A stretch of 64,000 bases of DNA. It comes from an uncultured Acidimicrobiia bacterium. Its GTDB lineage: Bacteria > Acidobacteriota > Terriglobia > Versatilivoradales > Versatilivoraceae. The stretch spans positions 608,001 to 672,000 of the forward strand of contig CAWBAT010000004.1 in NCBI GenBank assembly GCA_963786955.1. The letters run 5' to 3'. Positions 1 through 10,978 of the stretch are shown here, piece by piece; position 1 is the first letter of the stretch, and each line of letters starts with the position of its first letter. Made by a program: the position numbers and the translations under genes. The notes under the pieces are model-generated. The model worked only from the letters and a program-made list of their open reading frames with translations, was not told the DNA's origin and did not search any database.

Positions 1-22
1 CGATGACGACATCGAATTTCAA
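1..22 (-). CDS. possible N-terminus of an FAD-dependent oxidoreductase running off the window start
   Basis: Minus strand reads TTG-KFDVVI, like the strand preceding a Rossmann GxGxxG; only 7 codons visible. Confidence 0.2.
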
Positions 23-619
23 AGAGCCAATTAGCAGGAACCCGTTTCGGTAGGCGGTTTGAGGGTTGGCAAAGATCTGAAAAGAGCTCACGTCATCATG
101 CAACAGTGGCTCGGTGGCTCCCCTAACCACTAAGATAATCTTGGCTCACCGCGTCCAAGGATTTAAGAAGATACTCCATTTGCTGTAGTCCTTGACTGCC
201 CAAAAGGCTGGAAAGTTGCGCAAAACTGGACACAAAATCACAAGGAATAATGGATTCGCTCAGGATCAAGTGAACAGTAGCCATATCCGACACCATGCGT
301 TTGCCCCCCGATTCATAGGAAATCGAAAGGGGAAAAGGTCCCAGGCGGAAGATTCAATTACAACCGACTAGATAGCGACCTGTTATCCTTTAGTCTGGAG
401 CGTTGCTCGATTCCTTGTCCATACACATTCAGCCGGCACACCAACTATAGCCAAACAGGCTCCACGCGATTACTCAGGTTGTCTTTCTACTCGTTCAGTA
501 ACTTTTTAAGACACCGGGAGGATCTCCTTAAGTCTTGTGGTATGGTGTCAATCTGTTGTTCATCCCACTTTTCGCAAATCCTGCTTCATCTTTCGCCTCG
601 GTTTCGGTACCATGCGGGG

Positions 620-1225
620 ATGATTGAGGTCGTCTATCTGGATTTGGGAAAGGTCCTGATTGATTTTGATTATGACGTAGCCGCTCAGCGGCTCCTCAAA
701 ATTAGTCCCCACCCCCTTTCTGAAATAAGCAATGTCTTGTCTGAACCTCAACTGTTATTTGAGTTTGAGACAGGAAGATTGTCGGCCATTGAATATTACA
801 AGATAATTTGTGATGCGCTGGAAATGCAAATTTCACTGGATGAATTCCGGAGTTTGTGGGGCTCGATGTTTCTGCCGGAGCCTCTGGTCTCCGAGGAATT
901 CTTACAGAATCTCAAGCGAAAGAATCGCCTGATCTTGCTTTCCAATACCAACGAAATTCATTTCGATTATCTTGTGGAAAGATTTCCAATCCTGAACCAG
1001 ATTGAAGAACGGTTGCTCTCTTATAGGGTAGGATATATGAAGCCAGACCCGCAGATTTTTCAGCTGGCGATCGAGAAAGCGGGTGGAGTTCCGGAAAATA
1101 TCTTTTTCGCCGACGATCGCCATGAAAATGTTGAAGGGGCCCGTGCAGCCGGGATCCAGGCCATTCAATTCAAGTCAGAAATGCAACTTCGACAGGAACT
1201 GAACGATCGAGGGGTTGAATGCTGA
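620..1225 (+). CDS. HAD-superfamily phosphatase
   Basis: DLGKVL motif I, LSNTN, KPDP..F, FADD..NV..A..AG; start set at MIEVVYLD. Confidence 0.88.
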   Translation: MIEVVYLDLGKVLIDFDYDVAAQRLLKISPHPLSEISNVLSEPQLLFEFETGRLSAIEYYKIICDALEMQISLDEFRSLWGSMFLPEPLVSEEFLQNLKRKNRLILLSNTNEIHFDYLVERFPILNQIEERLLSYRVGYMKPDPQIFQLAIEKAGGVPENIFFADDRHENVEGARAAGIQAIQFKSEMQLRQELNDRGVEC

Positions 1226-1353
1226 GCCAGTGTTTTGATTTCCAAAGAACATGGCTCGAATTCAATCGCATGGAACACGATCATCATCTTGTAAAAGACA
1301 AAATTTGAAAGCCGATAGGAGCCTCCCCGGCAGGTTGGAGCTGGGCAGATTCG

Positions 1354-2100
1354 ATGCGATTCCTGATCATCAGTGATATTCACGCAAACCTGGAGGCGTT
1401 GGAAACGGTACTCAACGCCGCCGACGGGAAATACGACCGGGTAGTTTGCTGCGGGGACATTGTGGGGTACGGCCCCGACCCGAATGCGGTAACAGATATT
1501 TTTCGCAGGATTAATCCCGCAATTATCCGGGGAAATCATGAGAAAGCGGCTCTTGGTCTCGTGGACTTAAACATGTTCAATCCGATGGCCAAGAAAGCCG
1601 CTGTTTGGACCCAGCAGCAACTTACCGAAGAGAGTCAAGCCTACATTGGAACCATCGTTCCCGGCCCTCTTGATTTGGACGGATTCACGTTGGCTCATGG
1701 CTCCTTGTTAGACGAAGACCAATATCTCGTTGATCTAGAGGATGCCTATAGCAGTTTTCCCCTCGCTCATTTTCCAGTCACCTTCATTGGTCATACGCAT
1801 GTTCAGGGGGGGTTTGTCCAATTTCAAGACGGGCGGCAAGGGGTTCTAAATCCGGAAATCAGAGGGGGATCGACCGAGAGTCAACTCCGGATCGATTCAC
1901 GCCATGTCTATATGATTAATCCAGGGGCTGTCGGTCAACCACGGGACCACGATCCAAGAGCCGCTTTTGCGATATATGAGCAGGAAGAACAATTGGTCCG
2001 CTACTTCCGCACTCAATACCCTTTGGAAAAAACCCAAGAAAAAATGAAAACCGCCCATCTTCCGCACTATTTGATTGACCGGCTGAAAATGGGAAGGTAA
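1354..2100 (+). CDS. metallophosphoesterase family protein
   Basis: SDIHAN, GDIVGYGP, GNHE, GHTH, NPGAVGQPRD. Confidence 0.92.
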   Translation: MRFLIISDIHANLEALETVLNAADGKYDRVVCCGDIVGYGPDPNAVTDIFRRINPAIIRGNHEKAALGLVDLNMFNPMAKKAAVWTQQQLTEESQAYIGTIVPGPLDLDGFTLAHGSLLDEDQYLVDLEDAYSSFPLAHFPVTFIGHTHVQGGFVQFQDGRQGVLNPEIRGGSTESQLRIDSRHVYMINPGAVGQPRDHDPRAAFAIYEQEEQLVRYFRTQYPLEKTQEKMKTAHLPHYLIDRLKMGR

Positions 2101-2134
2101 TGCAGCTCGAAGTGCTTCCGCAGGGGGGAGTTTT

Positions 2135-2596
2135 TCACTTCAGGACAATTGTGTATACCTCTACGTCAGGAATAATGTGATTCCAGTCTTTTGGCAGGTG
2201 TTCAAAGGCGACTTGAAAATTGTTCGACTGTTGGGGCTCTAATCCTCCTCCTCCCTTGTATTCCACAGCCTTGCGGGATTCTTTCAAAACAACCTGATTC
2301 AAACTGTCTTTGAAAAAAAAGGTTAACTCGATTCGCTGTACCACTCGATTTCCCAGGTTCTTGACCTTACCTTCAACGTAATAGACATGATCCCCGAGAT
2401 AGCTCTCCCCTTTTGCCAAACCGATATGGGTCAGTTCAATTTTTGGCTTGTAGCTCTCCGCTTCGGCCGTAGTTGCCTGCGAAGACGAATTGTGAAGCTT
2501 CTGCCCACAGCCGGTCGGGGCCACCATCATGAGGAACGCAAACATAAGAATGAGAAACCGGAGCGACGAGAAGAGAGGGGTTTGATTTTCGGGCAT
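2135..2596 (-). CDS. putative lipoprotein with FxLYD/DUF3426-like Ig domain
   Basis: Hydrophobic signal ending PTG-C; VEGKVKN...FFFKD...LEPQQSNNFQV pattern. Confidence 0.6.
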   Translation of the reverse strand: MPENQTPLFSSLRFLILMFAFLMMVAPTGCGQKLHNSSSQATTAEAESYKPKIELTHIGLAKGESYLGDHVYYVEGKVKNLGNRVVQRIELTFFFKDSLNQVVLKESRKAVEYKGGGGLEPQQSNNFQVAFEHLPKDWNHIIPDVEVYTIVLK

Positions 2597-2813
2597 GGAC
2601 TCCTCTAAGCTGACAGCCCAAAACTTGGAGCTACCAGTCTTATTGCGTGAACCATTCTGTTGAGACTAAAGTACAATAGCAGCAATCTTCTGTCAACGCA
2701 GGGAATCCGGCCGTAGAGTTGGAGGAAAGGCCCTTTACGCATAGAAAACTAAATATACATGACATGAATATGGAGACATTTCCTGTTTCGATATAGGCTA
2801 TAATCCCAGAACA

Positions 2814-4310
2814 ATGGTCAGCATCAATTCATCCCAGACTCCTTCTCAACTAAAGGAGATCCGCCACGCATTGCAATCAACCCTCGGGAAGGAACGTGTT
2901 CTCTATTCCCCTGAGGAACTGATTGTTTATGAATGCGATGGGCTGACTTTGCATCCGCAACTTCCTGAATTTGTGGTGTTTCCCTCTAGTCCGGAAGAAA
3001 TCATCGCTATTGTCAAGATCGCAAAGGAGTACCAAATTCCCTTCCTCCCCCGAGGGGCGGGTACCTGTCTTAGTGGAGGCGCCGTAGCGGTCGAGGGCGG
3101 CATTATTCTGGAACTTTCACGAATGAACCGGATTCTGACCTTGGACTATGAGAATCGACTGGCGATCGTCCAGCCGGGAGTCGTTAACTTGCACGTGACC
3201 CAGGCTGCAAGTGAAAAAAATTTCTACTATGCCCCGGACCCTTCTAGTCAAATGGTCTCCACAATCGGTGGCAACGTAGCGGAGAATTCCGGCGGGCCTC
3301 ACACTCTCAAATACGGTGTCACCACCAACCATGTGCTTGCCCTGGAAGTGGTTTTGCCTAGCGGAGAGATGTATGAATTAGGAACTTCGGCAGGTGATCC
3401 TGCCGGCTATGATTTGGTGGGTGTCTTTGTGGGTTCAGAAGGGACTTTCGGGATTGCCACAAAGGTGACAGTCCGCCTGCTCTATACTCCTCCCGCGGTA
3501 AAGACGTTGCTAGCGGTATTCGATTCGGTACTCCATGCGACCCAGTGCGTCTCAGGCATCATTTCTCGGGGCATCATCCCGGCAGCTCTTGAGTTGATCG
3601 ATCGCAAAACCATCGAAGCCATTGAAAGCGGCCCGTATGCAACAGGAATCCCGAGGGATGCCGATGCCGTGCTCTTGATTGAGCTGGATGGAGTTGAGGA
3701 GGGCATTGATCAACAAGTCGAGCGCGTTGTCGAAGTAATACAACGGACAGGGGCACGGGAAGTTCGAGTTGCGAAAGACGAGGCAGAACGAAAAAAACTC
3801 TGGGCCGCACGAAAGAATGCGTTTGGCGCTTATGGAAGAATTAGTCCAAACTATTACACTATGGACGGGGTGATCCCGCGTAGCAAGCTTCCCGAGATTC
3901 TTCAGAAAATCGATGCCCTCGGGAAGAAGTATGGATTAGGCATGGCTAACGTTTTCCATGCTGGCGACGGCAATCTACACCCCATCATCCTCTACGACAA
4001 CGATGAGCCAGGGGCCAAAGATAAAGTGCTGGGACTGGCCGGGGAAATCCTGCAGCTGTGTGTCAATGTCGGAGGGGCCCTGAGTGGAGAGCATGGGATT
4101 GGGCTGGAGAAAATGCAATTCATGAATTTGTTTTTCTCCCAAGACGAGTTGGATGTGATGCAGCGATTAAGAGACGTCTTCAACCCCAACAACCTGGCGA
4201 ACCCAGGAAAGATTTTTCCGGTTCGGCGGGGCTGCGGGGAAATGTCATGGAATCCGTCTGCCGCAGAGAATCCAAAGTATTCGGCGGTCGAGGGGATGAT
4301 CCGGTTCTGA
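2814..4310 (+). CDS. glcD: glycolate oxidase FAD-linked subunit
   Basis: PRGAGT.LSGG, YAPDPSSQ, TIGGNVAENSGG, HAGDGNLHP, GEHGIG. Confidence 0.9.
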   Translation: MVSINSSQTPSQLKEIRHALQSTLGKERVLYSPEELIVYECDGLTLHPQLPEFVVFPSSPEEIIAIVKIAKEYQIPFLPRGAGTCLSGGAVAVEGGIILELSRMNRILTLDYENRLAIVQPGVVNLHVTQAASEKNFYYAPDPSSQMVSTIGGNVAENSGGPHTLKYGVTTNHVLALEVVLPSGEMYELGTSAGDPAGYDLVGVFVGSEGTFGIATKVTVRLLYTPPAVKTLLAVFDSVLHATQCVSGIISRGIIPAALELIDRKTIEAIESGPYATGIPRDADAVLLIELDGVEEGIDQQVERVVEVIQRTGAREVRVAKDEAERKKLWAARKNAFGAYGRISPNYYTMDGVIPRSKLPEILQKIDALGKKYGLGMANVFHAGDGNLHPIILYDNDEPGAKDKVLGLAGEILQLCVNVGGALSGEHGIGLEKMQFMNLFFSQDELDVMQRLRDVFNPNNLANPGKIFPVRRGCGEMSWNPSAAENPKYSAVEGMIRF

Positions 4311-4330
4311 ACCCTGAAGAAGGCAACTCC

Positions 4331-5677
4331 ATGACGGACGGAGCTCCACTTGAAAATTCCACACATCCTCGAGTTACCTTGGAGGGATCCGGCATGCCAG
4401 CACGGTTTGCGGTGGAGGGCGTGCTCCCGCAACGCTCTTTCGCGCCCAGCACCAAAGAGGAAATTGGGGAAATCTTGCGAGAGGCCAATTCCCGAGAATG
4501 GAGCATTGTCCCATTCGGGGCCGGAATACACCAGCATATCGGAAATCTCATTCCACGTTACCATGCGGCCCTGTCACTCGAGAAACTCAATCAGATTCCT
4601 GAATATGAGCCCCAGGACTTGGTAGTGAAAGTGGAGTCCGGATGCCGTCTTGCGGATCTGCAAGATCGTCTGGCTCGCGATCGTCTCTATCTTCCCATTG
4701 ACCCTGATGGGTTCGAGCAGGCAACGGTGGGAGGTATTGTCGCAACCAACACTTCCGGTCCACTCCGGTTTGCACAAGGAACTATTCGGGATTATCTGAT
4801 TGGGATCAGCCTGGTTCAGCCCGATGGAAAATGGACAAAGTTTGGGTCCCGTGTCGTCAAGAATGTCACGGGCTACGATATGTGCAAACTCTATATAGGC
4901 TCGTTTGGAACTCTAGGAGTACTGGTCGATTTCTTTTTCAAGCTGAAGCCCATCCCTCCTTTTTCCAAGACGGTCGCTTTCGTGCTGAAAGGACTGGACG
5001 AAGCGCGAGTCGGACTGGAGAGATTGATTCATTCGCCGCTCACCCCAGTTGCGCTCGAGTTGGTGAATCCAGAAGGGACAAGGCTCTTCAATGAGCAACG
5101 GCCCTGGGTCGAGGACTCTGATCATTATCTGTTCCTGGTGCGTTTCATGGACCTGGAAAAGGCGGTGGATTGGCAAGTTGAACAATTGCAAGAAATGTGG
5201 AAAGAGCTATTTATACAAGGGGTAAGCTTGAGTTCCCCATCGGAACAGGAGCAAATCTGGAGACTTTTGCGGGAGGACGCGCCCTGGCTGAAATCCAGTG
5301 GTGCGCCCAAGGTGAAATTAAAGATCAACTGTGGTTCCTCCCGAATGGTAGACTGCATTCGAAGGCTGGAATCCTACGGCAAGGAAAGGTCCTCTGCAGT
5401 CCTCATCAAAGCCCATGCGGGAAGCGGGATTATTCGAGCCTATTACGACTACGACCCTTCGCCTGCTGCCATTCAGCAGTTGGCCGATCATATTCGGGCC
5501 TTCAGGATTCACTTGAGGCCAGCGCGTGGAACAGTCATCTTGGAATCCGCACCAGCCAACCTAAAGAAGTCTATCGATGTTTGGGGATATGAATACAAGG
5601 ATAAATCTTTGATGCAATCAATTCGAAATCAATTCGATCCTCACAAGATCTTAAATCCAGGAAGGTACATCGTCTAA
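4331..5677 (+). CDS. glcE: glycolate oxidase FAD-binding subunit
   Basis: ATVGGIVATN, RVVKNVTGYDMCKL.IGS.GTLG, FDP..ILNPGR; lies between glcD and glcF; start estimated. Confidence 0.85.
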   Translation: MTDGAPLENSTHPRVTLEGSGMPARFAVEGVLPQRSFAPSTKEEIGEILREANSREWSIVPFGAGIHQHIGNLIPRYHAALSLEKLNQIPEYEPQDLVVKVESGCRLADLQDRLARDRLYLPIDPDGFEQATVGGIVATNTSGPLRFAQGTIRDYLIGISLVQPDGKWTKFGSRVVKNVTGYDMCKLYIGSFGTLGVLVDFFFKLKPIPPFSKTVAFVLKGLDEARVGLERLIHSPLTPVALELVNPEGTRLFNEQRPWVEDSDHYLFLVRFMDLEKAVDWQVEQLQEMWKELFIQGVSLSSPSEQEQIWRLLREDAPWLKSSGAPKVKLKINCGSSRMVDCIRRLESYGKERSSAVLIKAHAGSGIIRAYYDYDPSPAAIQQLADHIRAFRIHLRPARGTVILESAPANLKKSIDVWGYEYKDKSLMQSIRNQFDPHKILNPGRYIV

Positions 5678-5680
5678 GTT

Positions 5681-6985
5681 ATGCTTGCCACCTGTGAGTC
5701 CACGCAAGAAAGGATCAGCCGGACCGATTTGACTCCGGAATGCGTTCATTGTGGCCTTTGCCTGCAAGCATGTCCCACTTACGTGGCACTCGGACAAGAG
5801 GCGGATTCACCGCGGGGTCGCATCTATTTGATGCGGGCTCAGGAGAGCGGAGCGTTGGGTGTATCGGAAAGTTTTGTGAATCACATCTCGGCTTGCCTCG
5901 ACTGTCGGGCCTGTGAATCCGCTTGTCCTTCGGGAGTTCCGTACGGTGAGATGGTTGAGAAGGCTCGCGAGGTGATTGAGCAGAGCTTTCGCCGTCCTTT
6001 GATCATTACTGCTCTGAGAAGAATATTTTTCAAACTCATCCTTCCTTCCCGGCGCTGGCTACGCTGCAGCTTTAACCTCTTGCGTCTTTATCAGTGGCTA
6101 GGAATCCAAAGAGTTGTCAGGGCATCGGGGATTCTGAAGCTCCTCCCGGGGCAACTCAATCAATTGGAACAACTAATGCCTGATTTGCGTCAAAAGACGC
6201 AACATGTTTCTTTGGGTCAGGTTTTCCCTTCGCTAGGAGCGACGCATCATCGGGTAGGCCTACTCACCGGTTGCGTGATGAATGAGATCTTTGGGGGAAT
6301 TAATCAGGCCACGATTCGAGTATTGCAAAGAAATGGGTGTGAGGTTGTTGTGCCACAGAACCAAACTTGTTGTGGGGCCCTCCATTGTCATGCGGGAATC
6401 ACGGATACGGCACGAGAGTTGGCCCTCAGAAACATTCGGGCCTTCGAGGAACAGCAGATTGACGTTCTTCTCTCAAATGCTTCGGGCTGTGGCGCCAAGC
6501 TTAAAGAGTACCCCGCCCTGTTTTCAAATGATTCCGAGCTCAGGAAACGGGCTGAAAGATTTACCGCCAAAGTGGAAGACATATCGTCCTTTTTGGATAG
6601 ACTTCCGAAGCTTGTTAAACTTGGGAAGATCAAAGCACGCGTGGCTTATGACGATCCCTGTCATCTCCTCCATGCCATGAAAGTCAGCAAGCCCCCCCGG
6701 AACTTGCTAAGACTCATTCCGGAGCTGGAACTAGTCGAATTACGGACACCGGATCAGTGCTGTGGAAGTGCAGGGATTTATAATCTCACCCATTACGAGC
6801 TTTCAATGAAGATCCTCGAACGCAAGATTGACGATATCCACAGGGCTCAGGTGCAGATCGTCGCGACAGGGAACCCCGGTTGTATCCTGCAAATCGCCTA
6901 TGGTCTGGGGCGAGCTGGTCTAAAGGGCATCGAAGTGTTGCACCCCATTGAGTTGCTTGACCGCGCTTATTCCGGTTTAGACTGA
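5681..6985 (+). CDS. glcF: glycolate oxidase iron-sulfur subunit
   Basis: Two CxxCxxCxxxCP motifs, SPRGRI, two CCG domains. Confidence 0.9.
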   Translation: MLATCESTQERISRTDLTPECVHCGLCLQACPTYVALGQEADSPRGRIYLMRAQESGALGVSESFVNHISACLDCRACESACPSGVPYGEMVEKAREVIEQSFRRPLIITALRRIFFKLILPSRRWLRCSFNLLRLYQWLGIQRVVRASGILKLLPGQLNQLEQLMPDLRQKTQHVSLGQVFPSLGATHHRVGLLTGCVMNEIFGGINQATIRVLQRNGCEVVVPQNQTCCGALHCHAGITDTARELALRNIRAFEEQQIDVLLSNASGCGAKLKEYPALFSNDSELRKRAERFTAKVEDISSFLDRLPKLVKLGKIKARVAYDDPCHLLHAMKVSKPPRNLLRLIPELELVELRTPDQCCGSAGIYNLTHYELSMKILERKIDDIHRAQVQIVATGNPGCILQIAYGLGRAGLKGIEVLHPIELLDRAYSGLD

Positions 6986-7223
6986 GGAGGTTTATCGAGG
7001 TGGATTCCATTAATTCTCTGCATTTTCTAGGCCGGTTTGCCGATAACCCTTTTGTATCAACACGATCGCATCATAATCAGTTCCTTATTCACAAAAATTC
7101 CCAGGAAGAGATTTACTTCACGAATTGCCTTTTTGCTTATGCTAAAGTATCAATACAGCTTGAGATTTGTATTCATCGTCGTTCATCGGCCTAGTTGCCA
7201 GCTGCCAGTGTTGAGGAGGAGTC

Positions 7224-7772
7224 ATGTGGAAAAGTAGGAAACCGGAGGAGGAGAAAGAGAAGGAACCTATTGCTGCGAAAAAGGAGGAAATTCCCATGTC
7301 AACATTCGAGGAGAAAAAACCTATGGAACCACGTTTCGAACCCAGACCTAACCCCACTCGAGAGGACATCGTCAATATCGGGAAATCGGTATTTATTAAG
7401 GGGGAATTAACCGGAGACGAAGACTTAACGATTGAAGGTCGCGTCGAAGGGAAGATTGAGTTGAAAGATCACAATCTGGTCATTGGCCCCAACGGGAAAA
7501 TTAACGCGGAGATCAACGCCAAGGCTGTGACGGTCATTGGGAGTGTAGTTGGAAACATATCCGCCGGAGAAATGATCGAAATTCGAACCACCGGATCCGT
7601 GACAGGCGACATCAAAGCTCCCCGCGTCTCTATAGCGGATGGCGCTCACTTGAAAGGAAGTGTTGACATGCAGAAAGGTCCGGAGGTAGCAAAGAAGACC
7701 GACTTTCAGAAGGCCGAGATTGCCAAAGTCAGCGTCGAATCCTCCATTGTACCCAAACCGCAGTTTAAATGA
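7224..7772 (+). CDS. bactofilin (polymer-forming cytoskeletal protein)
   Basis: IGKSVFIKGEL...EDLTIEG.VEG.I...GSV.GDI.A..VSI.DGA.L.GSV beta-helix; GAGGAG RBS. Confidence 0.9.
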   Translation: MWKSRKPEEEKEKEPIAAKKEEIPMSTFEEKKPMEPRFEPRPNPTREDIVNIGKSVFIKGELTGDEDLTIEGRVEGKIELKDHNLVIGPNGKINAEINAKAVTVIGSVVGNISAGEMIEIRTTGSVTGDIKAPRVSIADGAHLKGSVDMQKGPEVAKKTDFQKAEIAKVSVESSIVPKPQFK

Positions 7773-7943
7773 GATACTGTACCCGCTAGATCTGGCAACC
7801 ACCGGAAAGAGATGTCCACCCGAAATTGGAACTTGACTCACGGTGGTTGTGGCTGTGGTGTTCTTACGCGTATACGGGGAAGTCGCAAAAGCTTGAGGTC
7901 CCATTCTACAGCTATTCCTTCAGACTTCCCCTAACCCTTCAAA

Positions 7944-8621
7944 ATGAAAAAACCATTTAGCAAACTGAGCGCGATGATGGGTAAAGCCTGGGCACAGGCC
8001 GGGGCTGACAGGAACTCAGAAAAAGGAACTCACCTGACGCATCCCACTCATCCCTCTCAAGTCATGAAGGACTTCATCAAGGGAATCTCGGCCATGCCGA
8101 CGCCAAGGATCTTGGATATTGGACCTGTGGTGGGTTCCAATATGGATTTTTTTCTAAACCATGGAATCAAGGTGTATATGGAGGATTTTGTCACCGCCTA
8201 TCTCAACCCCAAGTATTCCCTCGTACTGGATGGGAAGATCACCTTGAATGAGTCCAGTTTCTTTGAAGAGAATTTCAATTATGAAGTCAATTCTCTCGAT
8301 GGTCTGATTTGCTGGGACTACTTATGTTACATCGAACCTCGATTTGCGGGGGTCTTTGTGCGAAAGATTTCCTCCATGGTGAAATCTGGCGGCCTGGTCA
8401 TGGCCTTCTTTCATACTCGCCGAATAATCGGTCCTGACATGATTCACAAATACCGCATTCACAATGAATCTTCTTTAGAATACATCCCGACAGAATTGAA
8501 AACTGAATTCAAAAAGGCTTTCCAGATTAGAGATGTGTCGCAGTTATTCGGAGGCTTTCAGAGTCAGCATTCTTATTTGTTGAAGCACAACGTAATCGAA
8601 ATCCTCCTCAAGAAATTGTAG
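7944..8621 (+). CDS. class I SAM-dependent methyltransferase-like protein
   Basis: ILDIGP motif I, LDGLICWD, KSGG. Confidence 0.65.
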   Translation: MKKPFSKLSAMMGKAWAQAGADRNSEKGTHLTHPTHPSQVMKDFIKGISAMPTPRILDIGPVVGSNMDFFLNHGIKVYMEDFVTAYLNPKYSLVLDGKITLNESSFFEENFNYEVNSLDGLICWDYLCYIEPRFAGVFVRKISSMVKSGGLVMAFFHTRRIIGPDMIHKYRIHNESSLEYIPTELKTEFKKAFQIRDVSQLFGGFQSQHSYLLKHNVIEILLKKL

Positions 8622-8735
8622 TCGATTGCGATGGATCAAAAGTCTCTTGAACTTTTGTCTGTCAAATCTCGTATTGAGAATGGAAGCGGAGAGAACATCC
8701 TCTGCCTGGGGAGCAGAACCGGATAAGGAGGAGGT

Positions 8736-9425
8736 ATGGAGTGCGCAATCCATCCTGGCGTGGAAGCCGTATCCTTTTGTTCGAACTGTGGCACGCCGCT
8801 CTGCCAGGGGTGCCTATTGATATCCGACTCACGAACATTTTGTCAGAAATGCCAGCTATCGTTCGCGAGCCAAGACGAGCGCGTCCGAAATACTGCATCA
8901 ACGGTGGCTAATACTACAGTCCCGACTCCTGAAGCTGTCAAGTATGCCAAGTCCACACGGAGTCCTCATATCGAGAAAGGATACGCCTATTGTTCTCCGG
9001 GGGTCTCTTTGGCGTTAGGTTTTATCCCCGGAGTAGGTGCGATTTGCAATGGAGAGTATTGGAAGGCTCTTCTCCAAGTCCTCGTATTCGGCAGCCTGAT
9101 TTCTCTTAGCGGGAGAACTGACAGCGAAGAAGTAATCCCCCTTCTCAGGCTACTGGCGATCTTAATGTACATCTACATGCCGCTTGAGGCCTATCATGTC
9201 GCAAAGAAGCGTGTCATGGGCTTGCACGGGATCAAATTGATTACCCCGTTTGAAAAGATGCGATTCTCTTCCATAACAGTTGGGATTGGATCAGTTTGCC
9301 TGGGAGTCATTTTGCAGGTAAGTCAGTTTGTCCCTGAGACCATGAGGTTTCTACTGCGAGGCTGGCCTTTAATTCTCGTTGCTATAGGGGTCTACAATTT
9401 AACCCAATATTTTCATTCAAAATGA
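8736..9425 (+). CDS. B-box-type zinc finger membrane protein
   Basis: CxxH...CxxC...CxxC...CxxC N-terminus, several TM helices, C-terminal WPLILVAIG. Confidence 0.75.
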   Translation: MECAIHPGVEAVSFCSNCGTPLCQGCLLISDSRTFCQKCQLSFASQDERVRNTASTVANTTVPTPEAVKYAKSTRSPHIEKGYAYCSPGVSLALGFIPGVGAICNGEYWKALLQVLVFGSLISLSGRTDSEEVIPLLRLLAILMYIYMPLEAYHVAKKRVMGLHGIKLITPFEKMRFSSITVGIGSVCLGVILQVSQFVPETMRFLLRGWPLILVAIGVYNLTQYFHSK

Positions 9426-9441
9426 TGCTGCGGCATATGTC

Positions 9442-9472
9442 AAAAAAAAGGTCTACTCCTTAAAAGTAGGCT
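9442..9472 (-). terminator. intrinsic terminator of metK
   Basis: Minus strand AGCCTACT-loop-AGTAGACC followed by a T-run. Confidence 0.6.
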
Positions 9473-9486
9473 GAAATCCAAACAAA

Positions 9487-10683
9487 TTATCTGGATGCCA
9501 AAGTACTCTGAGTAGCCAGTTTTGTCAGCAGTTCCGCCTTATCAGTCCTTTCCCAACTAAAGGTTCCTTTTTCGCCGGGTTTCCTACCGAAGTGTCCATA
9601 GGCTGCCGTTTTTAAGTAAATGGGTTTCTTGAGATCCAGCATCTGTATGATCCCTTTGGGGCGCAGATCGAAAACCTCTCCGATGATCTGCTCAAGTTCC
9701 ATGGAGCTTAACTTCCCGGTTCCAAAAGTATCCACAAGGACCGAAACCGGCTTAGCAACTCCAATGGCATAGGCCAATTGCACCTCACATTTCTTCGCCA
9801 GGTCCGCGGCCACAATATTCTTGGCTACGTAGCGAGCTGCATAGGCGGCACTACGATCCACTTTGGAGGGGTCTTTCCCCGAAAAGGCTCCTCCCCCATG
9901 TCGAGCCCATCCCCCATAACTGTCAACGATGATCTTTCTTCCGGTCAATCCTGTATCGCCGCTCGGCCCCCCGACTACAAATTTTCCAGTCGGATTGACA
10001 TAGAACTTAGTCTTGGAGTCCAGCAGTTCCGGAGGAATCACCTTCCGGATGACCTGTTCAATAACGTCCGACTCAATTTTCCGGTGAGGAACTGAATCGA
10101 TGTGTTGGGTTGAAATGACGATGGCATCAATCCGGACACGTTTACCATCCACATATTCCACGGTGACTTGGCTCTTACTGTCTGGCCGGATGTAGTCTAG
10201 AGTTTTGTTCTTCCTGAGCTCAGCCAGCTTTTCGACTAGCTGATGCGCAAAAATAATGGGACTGGGCATCATTTCTGGAGTCTCATCACAGGCATACCCA
10301 AACATTAAGCCCTGGTCTCCGGCACCTTGTTCCTTATGTAAACCTTCACCCTCTGTCACACCCTGCGAGATATCGGGAGACTGGGGGTGGATCTTGACCA
10401 TAATTTCGCAGCTTCTGTGGCTAAAGCCAACATTTTCCTCCACGTAACCAATTTTCTCGATTGAGTCGCGCACGGTCTGTTCAATATTCACGCTGCCTTT
10501 GGAGGTTACTTCTCCGGCAACAACACAGAAATCCGTTGTCACTAGAGTCTCGCAAGCAACCCGGGAATCTGGGTCACGGGCGATATAGGCATCCAACACC
10601 GCATCGGAAATCTGATCGGCTACTTTATCGGGATGACCTTCCGAGACAGACTCGCTAGTGAACAACATCCTTTCGGATTTCAT
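9487..10683 (-). CDS. metK: S-adenosylmethionine synthetase
   Basis: [35 protein letters not shown]. Confidence 0.98.
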   Translation of the reverse strand: MKSERMLFTSESVSEGHPDKVADQISDAVLDAYIARDPDSRVACETLVTTDFCVVAGEVTSKGSVNIEQTVRDSIEKIGYVEENVGFSHRSCEIMVKIHPQSPDISQGVTEGEGLHKEQGAGDQGLMFGYACDETPEMMPSPIIFAHQLVEKLAELRKNKTLDYIRPDSKSQVTVEYVDGKRVRIDAIVISTQHIDSVPHRKIESDVIEQVIRKVIPPELLDSKTKFYVNPTGKFVVGGPSGDTGLTGRKIIVDSYGGWARHGGGAFSGKDPSKVDRSAAYAARYVAKNIVAADLAKKCEVQLAYAIGVAKPVSVLVDTFGTGKLSSMELEQIIGEVFDLRPKGIIQMLDLKKPIYLKTAAYGHFGRKPGEKGTFSWERTDKAELLTKLATQSTLASR

Positions 10684-10978
10684 GGGATTAGATTCTCCTT
10701 AAGTGTTTGACCTCAGCTTGCCGAGAATCGGAATTCAGAACTGGCAAGTTGGAAAAAAGATCCCTTCGCGTTGCAATCAATACTATAATCAACGACGAAA
10801 GATCCCGTAAAAATACCCGGGAACAGCACCCAGACAGCAAATAAAAACAATAAAGACTATCTTCCAGGAAACCTATTGTCAAGCGAATTGACCGCCTGAT
10901 TACGGTCCATTTCACAGGTTAGAAGTAGACCTTAATTCCTTTGCCATCGCGAGGTAACCCTCCCAAGGAGCCGATCCA

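Noticed and set aside
10684-10978. SAM riboswitch upstream of metK
   Set aside because: Only a generic CTTGCC/GGCAAG stem; I could not recognise SAM-I or SAM-II consensus elements.
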